Source of the DNA: Candidatus Calescibacterium sp.
Lineage (GTDB): Bacteria > Calescibacteriota > Calescibacteriia > Calescibacteriales > Calescibacteriaceae
Assembly: GCA_032249135.1 (NCBI GenBank)
Contig: JAVVGL010000036.1
Span: forward strand, 1 to 16,189
Length of the DNA: 16,189 nt
Reading direction: 5' to 3'
The position numbers were made by a program, and so were the translations under genes. Every line of letters starts with the position of its first letter. The first letter of the stretch is position 1. A model generated the notes under the pieces. It was given only the letters and a program-made list of their open reading frames with translations. It made no database searches and was not told the origin of the DNA. This document shows positions 1 to 6,979 of this stretch, piece after piece.

Positions 1-890
1 GCAATATAAGATAAGACCGCGCAAGCAAAACCTATAAATAAAGCACCTCCGATATTAACAAATCCAGCAGCAGGTGTTATTCCAACAAGACCGGCAAGAA
101 GCCCTGACGTAGCTCCAAGCATAGTAGGTTTTTTTCTGTGAATCCATTCAATAACCATCCATACTACCGCTCCAAAAGATGCAGCAGTATTAGTATTTAT
201 AAGAGCCGCACCTGCAAGACCAGATGCAGAAAGAGCGCTCCCAGCATTAAAACCAAACCAACCAACAAGTAAAAGACCTCCTCCCAAAAGAACCAAAGGC
301 ATCTGCGAAGGCAAAATACCCTCCTCTTTCCTTCTACCAAGAGCAAGAGCTAATGCAATTCCAGCCATACCTGCATTTATATGAACAACTGTGCCACCGG
401 CAAAATCAAGAGCTCCAAGATTTGCCAAAAAACCACCACCCCACACCCAGTGAGCAATAGGAGAATAAACAAAAGTTACCCACAAAATTGAAAACAAAAA
501 CCAAGCAGAAAACTTCATTCTCTCCACAACCGAACCAGAAATAAGAGCAGTAGTTATAGCTGCGAATGTGAGCTGAAATGCGCAAAAAACAAACTCTGGA
601 ATAGTTCCTGAAACGGACTTTACTCCTATACCGTTCATAAAAAACTTCTCAGTACCACCTATTATACCCCACTTTGATGGTCCAAAAGAAAGAGAATATG
701 CCCATAAAACCCAGACAACACTTACAATAAAGTATGTCGCTGCGTTCATCATAAGAGTGTTGATAATACTTTTCGCTCTTGTAAGCCCTCCATAAAAGAG
801 AGCAAGAGCTGGCAAAGTCATCAAAGCCACCAGCCCCGTTGCAACTATAAGCCAAGCCGTATCTCCTTGATTTATTACTGCCTCTTGCAT
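1..890 (-). CDS. amtB: Ammonium transporter (Amt family), 3' end outside window; absent from the supplied ORF track
   Basis: Manual translation of the minus strand from ATG 890 gives MQEAVINQGDTAWLIVATGLVALMTLPALALFYGG...FQLTFAAIT...VERMKF...YSPIAHWVWGGG...ALDFAGGTVVHINAG...GWFGFNAGS...AGLVGITPAAG, all hallmark Amt motifs. The frame is open to base 1. SD GGAGGTG at 898-904. The ATG overlaps the upstream TGA (TGATG). Confidence 0.97.
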   Translation of the reverse strand, partial: MQEAVINQGDTAWLIVATGLVALMTLPALALFYGGLTRAKSIINTLMMNAATYFIVSVVWVLWAYSLSFGPSKWGIIGGTEKFFMNGIGVKSVSGTIPEFVFCAFQLTFAAITTALISGSVVERMKFSAWFLFSILWVTFVYSPIAHWVWGGGFLANLGALDFAGGTVVHINAGMAGIALALALGRRKEEGILPSQMPLVLLGGGLLLVGWFGFNAGSALSASGLAGAALINTNTAASFGAVVWMVIEWIHRKKPTMLGATSGLLAGLVGITPAAGFVNIGGALFIGFACAVLSYI

Positions 891-1420
891 CACCATTCAC
901 CTCCTTCTTTTTTATTTTTTTGTTTAAGAAAAGAGAAAATCTCCGTTATAAATTTCTCTGCATTCGACCAAATAAACTTTATCTCATGAGACAAGAAGAA
1001 TTTCATCTCAATTGTCTGAACAACAAAAACACCTAATAAATCACCGTTTTTTACAATAGGTATAGCAAGAAAAGATTGATATTTCTCTTCACCAGAACCC
1101 GGAACATAGTAAAAATCAGGATGACGATATGGTTCTTTGACAGAAATGGGTCTCATCTCCCTTGCGCATTTGCCAACAAGCCCTCTACTTATAGGAATTC
1201 TTGTTCCCCAACTTGCCTTATCTAAACCGTAGCTACACCAAAGAATAAGTTCTTTCCTAAATTCATCGTATATATAGATCGTTGCAACATCAACTCCCAA
1301 AAAATGAGCAATATCTTTCAGCTTTAAAAACAACCTATCTTTGTCCATAACCTTTTCCATAATCTCATCTATTTTGACATCATTTTTCATCTCAAACTTG
1401 TCTATACTTAACATACCCAT
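890..1420 (-). CDS. Stand-alone GAF domain protein resembling the N-terminal GAF of PtsP (EI-Ntr)
   Basis: Motifs GLVGKCAREMRPI, HPDFYYVPGSGEEKYQSFLAIPI and LLGVFVVQ resemble the PtsP GAF pattern (G.VG.V....EP.N..., HP.F.Y.P...EE....FLGVPI, LLGVLVVQ). No output domain. SD GGAGGT at 1429-1434 favours ATG 1420; GTG 1423 is the alternative. Confidence 0.85.
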   Translation of the reverse strand: MGMLSIDKFEMKNDVKIDEIMEKVMDKDRLFLKLKDIAHFLGVDVATIYIYDEFRKELILWCSYGLDKASWGTRIPISRGLVGKCAREMRPISVKEPYRHPDFYYVPGSGEEKYQSFLAIPIVKNGDLLGVFVVQTIEMKFFLSHEIKFIWSNAEKFITEIFSFLKQKNKKEGGEW

Positions 1421-1422
1421 CA

Positions 1423-2244
1423 CTATTTACCTCCTTTCAAATCTATATCAACATCAAGCTGTAATGTCCAAATCCACCCCTCTGGAACACCGGCTGCGGT
1501 CTTATCAAAAAAGAATACAGGTCCTGTAAGCAAATCAATAGTTGGAGTTATAAAAAAGTATATTCCACCTCCCCAGGCACCCAAACTGTGTTTGCCAGTC
1601 ATAATATCAGCAGTAAGAACTATTTTCTCTATAATAGGAACATCTATTGGATAAGAAAACCAACCTGCAAGCAATCCAAGATTATTTTCCTTTCCATCAG
1701 AAGATTTAAATAAAGTTTTTTCAAGTCCATAAAAAGCTCCTACTTGAATAGTTCCCAAATATTTCAAAGCTCCCCAATCTTCAAGCATAGTTTTCCCAAG
1801 CATAAAATAGAGTATGTTGTAATTATTCACTCCTCCCTTAAAACCGAGATTGAAAATTCCAAAAGACCAACCAGGCTGACCTTTGAAAAATGTATCCTCC
1901 GGTGTTCCAATTTTTGTATTAAGGAGCAAAGGAAAAACCTCCTTTCCTTGCTGATCTTTGAAAGGAGATGGCAAGAATAAATCAAATCCGAATTCCCAGT
2001 TTAGCTCTTTTAAAGGCAGAAGACCAATCGTCAAGCCAGTAATAATGGGATAAGCAGTTTTGTGATTAAAATAAGTATCATAAGTTATGTGTAGGACGCC
2101 AAAAGGTTGAAGATAAGGAGTAGATGGAGCCCAGAATGTTGTGGATGGTGTTGATTGAGCATTCCGAACCACCAAAACCGAACTCAAAACAAAACCAACC
2201 GCTGCCAAAACAATACAATAGTATCCCCTTTTTATTTTTTCCAT
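1423..2244 (-). CDS. Secreted protein, probable outer-membrane beta-barrel/porin-like
   Basis: N-terminal signal peptide (KIKR, hydrophobic stretch, AQS-like cleavage site). Many alternating aromatic/hydrophobic beta-strand segments, ending WIWTLQLDVDIDL. SD GGAGGTG at 2252-2258. The CDS is well supported; the porin function is inference. Confidence 0.6.
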   Translation of the reverse strand: MEKIKRGYYCIVLAAVGFVLSSVLVVRNAQSTPSTTFWAPSTPYLQPFGVLHITYDTYFNHKTAYPIITGLTIGLLPLKELNWEFGFDLFLPSPFKDQQGKEVFPLLLNTKIGTPEDTFFKGQPGWSFGIFNLGFKGGVNNYNILYFMLGKTMLEDWGALKYLGTIQVGAFYGLEKTLFKSSDGKENNLGLLAGWFSYPIDVPIIEKIVLTADIMTGKHSLGAWGGGIYFFITPTIDLLTGPVFFFDKTAAGVPEGWIWTLQLDVDIDLKGGK

Positions 2245-2435
2245 ATCTTTTCACCTCCTTTCTTGATTTTTTTTTGTTGCTCTTTCTTAAACTGAAATTT
2301 CTCTTATCCTTAACAATAGTTAGAGTATCCCCGTATTAGATTTGGTCGATCTTTTCCTTTTCCGCTTTTTTTTTTACAGAAGGTCGCTACTACTTTTTAT
2401 ATCACATCTAGAACAGTTTCCTCTCTCGCTTCAAA

Positions 2436-3863
2436 TCAAATATCGTAGTATGACATAAATTCCCATGGAGTTGGGCGAGCATAAAGTTCTTTTACTTCTT
2501 TTTCATATTTCCATTCTATATATTCATCAATAAATTGTTTGGAAAATACTCCTCCTTTGAGCAAAAATTCATGGTCTCTTTTGAGCTCTTCAAGCGACTC
2601 AGCCAAAGAAGAAGGAGTTTTTGGAACTTTTGCGAGAACTTCTGGCGGGAGCTTATATATGTTTGTATCAAACGGCTCGCCCGGATTTATCTTCTTCTCT
2701 ATACCATCAAGCCCAGCCATAAGCATAGCAGCGAACGCTAAATAGGGATTGCAAGATGGGTCAGGGAATCTCACTTCTATCCTCTTTGCTTTTGGAGAAG
2801 GTGAATACATAGGAATTCTTATTGCAGCGGACCTATTTCTTTGCGAGTAAGCAAGATTTATAGGAGCTTCGTATCCTGGAACAAGTCTTTTATAAGAGTT
2901 TGTAGTCGGATTAGTTATTGCGCAAAGAGCTCTACCATGAGTTATTATACCACCTATATACCACATCGCAAGTTCTGAAAGACCAGCATATTTCTCACCC
3001 GCAAAGAGAGGTTTCCCGTTTTTCCACAAGCTCTGATGTGTATGCATACCAGAACCGTTGTCCCCGAAAATAGGTTTAGGCATAAAAGTAGCAGTTTTTC
3101 CATATTTTTTTGCAACATTCTTTACAACATATTTGAGCATTACCGCATTATCTGCCATCTCAACCAGAGGTCTTGCTTTTATATCTATCTCACCTTGACC
3201 AGCAGTTGCAACCTCATGGTGATGAACCTCAACCTCTATCCCCATACTTTCAAGTATCATTGAAATCTCATTTCTTATATCTGTGAGAGTATCAAATGGA
3301 GGAGCGGGGAAATAACCTTCTTTGTACCTTATTTTGTATCCTTTGGAGTTTTCGTCTCCACTTCTCCATAGTCCCTCCTCTGAATCTATTTTGTAGAAAG
3401 AATAATTTGGAGCTTCTCCGAATGAAACCGAATCAAAAATGAAAAATTCAAGTTCTGGACCAAAAAGGGTAGAATCTGCTATACCTGTTTCTTTGAGGTA
3501 TTTTTCTGCCTTCTGAGCTATATATCTTGTATCTTTATAATATGGTTCATGAGTTATGGGGTCTTTGATATTTGCTATAACAGATATTGTTTTTTCTTTG
3601 AAGAACGGATCAACAACTGCGGTTTTTGGGTCAGGGAAAAGGAGCATATCTGATTCGTGAATTGACTGCCACATACGAATAGATGAACCATCAAAACCAA
3701 TACCCTCCTCCTCTATAACCTCCTGAGTTATCTTATCAGCAGGTACCGTCAGATGCTGTAAAAGACCGAGAGGATCTAAAAACTTTATATCAACAAACTT
3801 TGCATTCTCCGCCTTAATGAATTCAATCAAGTCCTTTGCATCTCGTGGTCTTTGCTTTGCCAT
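2436..3863 (-). CDS. glnA: Glutamine synthetase type I (GSI-beta-like)
   Basis: Motifs FDGSSI, GPELEFFIFD, HHHEVATAGQGEI, TATFMPKPIFGDNGSGMHTHQSL, NSYKRLVPGYEAP, RNRSAAIRIP and RIEVRFPDPSCNPY. The beta-type insertion after EFFIFD and the adenylylation-site Tyr (NIYKL) are present. SD GGGGGT at 3871-3876 favours ATG 3863 over 3899. Confidence 0.98.
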   Translation of the reverse strand: MAKQRPRDAKDLIEFIKAENAKFVDIKFLDPLGLLQHLTVPADKITQEVIEEEGIGFDGSSIRMWQSIHESDMLLFPDPKTAVVDPFFKEKTISVIANIKDPITHEPYYKDTRYIAQKAEKYLKETGIADSTLFGPELEFFIFDSVSFGEAPNYSFYKIDSEEGLWRSGDENSKGYKIRYKEGYFPAPPFDTLTDIRNEISMILESMGIEVEVHHHEVATAGQGEIDIKARPLVEMADNAVMLKYVVKNVAKKYGKTATFMPKPIFGDNGSGMHTHQSLWKNGKPLFAGEKYAGLSELAMWYIGGIITHGRALCAITNPTTNSYKRLVPGYEAPINLAYSQRNRSAAIRIPMYSPSPKAKRIEVRFPDPSCNPYLAFAAMLMAGLDGIEKKINPGEPFDTNIYKLPPEVLAKVPKTPSSLAESLEELKRDHEFLLKGGVFSKQFIDEYIEWKYEKEVKELYARPTPWEFMSYYDI

Positions 3864-3986
3864 ATCATTTACCCCCTTTTTTCTTTTTGTTTTTGCCATA
3901 TTTTATTTTCTTTTCAAAGATTTTTTTTATTCTTTTAAACAGGTTTTTATTTATTCTTTCAATTCAAAAATTCTTTCATTTTATAC

Positions 3987-4003
3987 AGGGAAAAGTGTGC
4001 CAA
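3987..4003 (-). promoter_or_regulatory. Candidate sigma54 (-24/-12) promoter for the glnA operon
   Basis: Minus strand reads TTGGCACACTTTTCCCT. The -24 element (TTGGCAC) is perfect, but the -12 reads TCCC instead of TTGC. It lies between a GAFTGA-containing activator gene and glnA. Confidence 0.5.
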
Positions 4004-4020
4004 GGTTTTTCATTAAGAAC

Positions 4021-4090
4021 TTTTACATTTTTGTTAAAATTTATGACAAAGAAGCAAGATTTTTTACAATTTTGTTATCTTTTTTGTCAA
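4021..4090. promoter_or_regulatory. Two tandem operator/enhancer-like boxes 41 bp apart (core TGTTA-N7-TG[A/T]CA)
   Basis: 4021-4049 TTTTACATTTTTGTTAAAATTTATGACAA versus 4062-4090 TTTTACAATTTTGTTATCTTTTTTGTCAA, 23/29 identical by hand count. The dyad TGTTA-N7-TGACA is at 4032-4048. Confidence 0.6.
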
Positions 4091-4092
4091 TT

Positions 4093-5640
4093 TTACATAT
4101 CTTTCTTCTTTTTGGTAAATGAAATGCCATATTTTTTGATACGCCATTCAAGTTGCCTTCTTGAAATTCCAAGTTTGCGAGCAGCATCGGAGAGATTTTT
4201 TGATTGAGATAAAACATATTCAATTGCTTCCTTTTCTATCTTCTGAACAACAGAAGAAAGATCACCTTTAACACCAACTATACTCAAAATTTCCTTAAAA
4301 CCAAAATCCCTAACATTATCAAAGCTTGTCGCTCCTCCAAAAACTTCCTCTCTATTTACCTCACCTTTCTTTTTCATCACATAATCTCTGATATAATCGG
4401 GAAGATCATCAGGAGTTATTACAAGATCAGAAGATGTTATAACAAGGCGCTCCAGAAGGTTTTCAAGTTCTCTGACATTCCCAGGCCAGTAATACTCTTC
4501 AAAAATCAACATAACACCTTTTGAGATTGAAACATTTTTCCCGTATTTTTTATTGAATTTTTCAAGAAAGAAATCAACAAGAGGTCTTATATCTTCTTTT
4601 CTCTCACGGAGCGGAGGAATAAATATAGGTACAACATTTAATCTGTAATAAAGGTCTTCTCTAAATTTTCCCTCTTTCACGAGTTCTTCAAGATTTCTGT
4701 TTGTTGCAGCAATAATTCTGACATTAACTTTCTTTGGTGTTCCCCCAATAGGTTCAATTTCCTTTGTTTGAATAACTCTGAGGAGTTTTGCTTGAAGAGA
4801 AGGAGAAAGATCTCCGATTTCATCTAAAAAAATAGTTCCGCCCTCTGCAAGTTCAAACTTACCCTTTTTATCATATAATGCTCCTGTGAAAGCACCCTTT
4901 TTATATCCGAAAAGTTCGCTTTCAAGAAGGTTTTCAGGAATTGCGGCACAGTTTATTTTCACAATCTGTTTCCCTGCTCTATCTGAGTTTTCATGAATAA
5001 GATCGGCTATGAGCTCTTTTCCAACACCACTCTCACCTCGTATGAGAACCGTAGCATCTGACTTTGCAACTTCAAGAGCAAGCCTTATAACTTCCTCCAT
5101 TTTTCTTGACCTGAAAATTATATTACCAACCTTTTTTACATCTGCTTTCTCTCTTGCTAAAATAAAGAAAGAAAACCCAATCATAGTCCCCACAACAGAA
5201 AGAAAATTCAATTTTATGTCAGCATCTTTGTCGTCAGAGAGTCCGCTTATGAATCCCAAATCTCTTCCCTCAACCCTTATTGGAGAGACGAGGATTTTGA
5301 GCTCGTGAAAATCTATAATATCTTTTCTTGGAGCTCTTGCAATTTTTTTCTCTTTTTCTTCTCTCTCATCTTCCTTTGGTCTGAGGGAGCTTGAAAAATT
5401 CAGAATAGATATAGATGGATTTATTATTCCGACTTCGCTTTCTATAACATGAAAGACCTGTTTCAAAATACTGTCAAATACTCCATAAGATGAAAGTATC
5501 TTTGAAATTCTCTCTAATGCAGAAAAATACCTTTCTAAACCACTTCCCACAAATAAAATAATTTGATGGGACTGCAACTTGAACCTCAAATTTACAAACA
5601 AACAAAAAATGAAAAGCTTTGATAAACACAAAATTGACAA
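4093..5640 (-). CDS. Sigma54-dependent enhancer-binding protein, NifA-like (degenerate GAF + AAA+ + Fis-type HTH); start uncertain, possibly GTG 5550
   Basis: Walker A GESGVGKE, NCAAIPENLLESELFG, GAFTGA, Walker B FLDEIGD, FREDLYYRLNV, WPGNVRELEN and C-terminal HTH NLSDAARKLGISRRQL. No receiver domain. The first ~30 codons from TTG 5640 look non-coding. Confidence 0.95.
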   Translation of the reverse strand: MSILCLSKLFIFCLFVNLRFKLQSHQIILFVGSGLERYFSALERISKILSSYGVFDSILKQVFHVIESEVGIINPSISILNFSSSLRPKEDEREEKEKKIARAPRKDIIDFHELKILVSPIRVEGRDLGFISGLSDDKDADIKLNFLSVVGTMIGFSFFILAREKADVKKVGNIIFRSRKMEEVIRLALEVAKSDATVLIRGESGVGKELIADLIHENSDRAGKQIVKINCAAIPENLLESELFGYKKGAFTGALYDKKGKFELAEGGTIFLDEIGDLSPSLQAKLLRVIQTKEIEPIGGTPKKVNVRIIAATNRNLEELVKEGKFREDLYYRLNVVPIFIPPLRERKEDIRPLVDFFLEKFNKKYGKNVSISKGVMLIFEEYYWPGNVRELENLLERLVITSSDLVITPDDLPDYIRDYVMKKKGEVNREEVFGGATSFDNVRDFGFKEILSIVGVKGDLSSVVQKIEKEAIEYVLSQSKNLSDAARKLGISRRQLEWRIKKYGISFTKKKKDM

Positions 5641-5642
5641 AT

Positions 5643-6728
5643 CTAAACTACATCTGGCAAAACTTTTTCAACGAATAGTTTCATAGATTTCATAACCTTT
5701 TCGTGGTCAAGTCCGCCGAGCCTTGTCCAGCATAGCAAATCTGTAAGCTTGTAATCATTTATAAGTTTTTTTAACTTCTGGGAAACATAATCTGGTGTAC
5801 CGACCAAAAATCCATGTTGGAAAGGACTTTGTGTTACGACAAATTCAAATTTAAGTTTCCCCCTATCATAATCGTTTATCATTTGGGTCATAATAAAATG
5901 TAAGTTCTTATAGAAATCTTCTCCCTCAGGATACTTTTGAGCTGGGATGAGCTTTGTAAAAGTTCTGAAATACCACATACAAGGTTCCTCAAACTCCGAA
6001 AGAGCTTTTCCCATATCTTCACTGACATAAACAAAAACAAGCCCTCCAATTCTATATTTTTTCGGGTCTTCTCCTTCTTCCTCCAATGTCTTTATATACT
6101 CATCTATCTTATCCGGTCCTGCAAGAAGAGGAGAGAAAATAAGGTTCATTTTCTTTTTCGCTTGAAACTTTATTGTATCTTGATTGAAAGATGCTCCAAA
6201 TAGCGGTGGATGAGGTTTCTGCAAAGGTTTTGGTCTTGGTCTCGCTCCTTTTATTACAAAATGTTTTCCTTCAAAATTCACCTCATCTTGTGTCCAGGAC
6301 ATTTTTATTATTTGAAGAGCCTCCTCAAACCTTGTTCTACTTTCTGATATTGGGACTCCATAACCTTCAAATTCGTGAGGTTGATATCCTCTGCCGACGC
6401 CGAAATCAAGTCTCCCATCTGATAGAACATCTAAAAATGCGAACTCTTCTGCAACTCTTATTGGATGATGAAATGGGAGCACAACCACCCCTGTTCCTAT
6501 TCTTATTCTTTTGGTTATTCCGGCTATGTATGAGCCAAAAACTTGGGTAGACGGCATAACACCATAGTCAGAGAAATGATGTTCTGCAATCCACACAGTA
6601 TCAAGTCCAATCTCATCTGCATATTTTATAAGTTCTATGTTTTCCTCATAGAATTGTTTTTCTGTTTTTCCTCTTGCCGACTCAAAAAGGTGTAAAAGCC
6701 CACATCTTAATTTAACTCCATCTTTCAT
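5643..6728 (-). CDS. LLM-class (bacterial luciferase-like) flavin-dependent oxidoreductase
   Basis: Motifs ADEIGLDTVWIAEHHF, TKRIRIGTGVVVLPFHHPIRVAEE, LDVLSDGRLDFGVGRGY, PKPLQKPHPP and SMKLFVEKVLP. SD GGAGGTG at 6735-6741 favours ATG 6728. Confidence 0.93.
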   Translation of the reverse strand: MKDGVKLRCGLLHLFESARGKTEKQFYEENIELIKYADEIGLDTVWIAEHHFSDYGVMPSTQVFGSYIAGITKRIRIGTGVVVLPFHHPIRVAEEFAFLDVLSDGRLDFGVGRGYQPHEFEGYGVPISESRTRFEEALQIIKMSWTQDEVNFEGKHFVIKGARPRPKPLQKPHPPLFGASFNQDTIKFQAKKKMNLIFSPLLAGPDKIDEYIKTLEEEGEDPKKYRIGGLVFVYVSEDMGKALSEFEEPCMWYFRTFTKLIPAQKYPEGEDFYKNLHFIMTQMINDYDRGKLKFEFVVTQSPFQHGFLVGTPDYVSQKLKKLINDYKLTDLLCWTRLGGLDHEKVMKSMKLFVEKVLPDVV

Positions 6729-6815
6729 CTTTTTCACCTCCTTTTTTATTTTTTGTTCTGCTACGAAGATATGTTAGTAATTTTTGAGGAAAAAGTGTTA
6801 AAAAAATCAAGTTTT

Positions 6816-6833
6816 AAGTGTAAATTTACACTT
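6816..6833. promoter_or_regulatory. Perfect 18-bp palindrome, candidate transcription-factor operator
   Basis: AAGTGTAAATTTACACTT is its own reverse complement. It lies in the divergent intergenic region ~90 bp upstream of the LLM gene, with a related half-site AAGTGTTA at 6793-6800. Confidence 0.6.
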
Positions 6834-6936
6834 TTTATTTTGTTTTTCCAATGGGAAATCTTTGAAAGGGTAAAACGGAAAAATGGACTTAAAAAATTTT
6901 TCTCATATACCTAAAATAAAAAGTAAAATCATTATT

Positions 6937-6966
6937 TTGAGCATCAAAAGAAAATGCGACTATAAA
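6937..6966 (+). promoter_or_regulatory. Possible sigma70-type promoter for the Rpn-like gene
   Basis: TTGAGC (6937-6942), 18-nt spacer, TATAAA (6961-6966), ending 13 nt before ATG 6980. The AT-rich background lowers specificity. Confidence 0.3.
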
Positions 6967-6979
6967 TAGAATAGAAAAA

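Noticed and set aside
649-900. 83-aa minus-strand ORF in the track
   Set aside because: Alternative frame over amtB, whose true frame has all the Amt motifs.
3864-3899. N-terminal extension MAKTKRKKGVND of GlnA (two ATGGCAAA starts)
   Set aside because: Only ATG 3863 has an SD at proper spacing; the extension is probably untranslated A-rich leader.
3980-4003. Sigma70 reading TTGGCA...TATAAA upstream of glnA
   Set aside because: The spacer is only 12 nt, too short for sigma70.
5634-5639. Perfect TTGACA on the plus strand
   Set aside because: No -10 at a suitable distance and no plus-strand gene downstream.
4093-5640. Calling the activator nifA or ntrC
   Set aside because: There is no receiver domain (not NtrC) and no nif genes are visible, so orthology cannot be established from the window.
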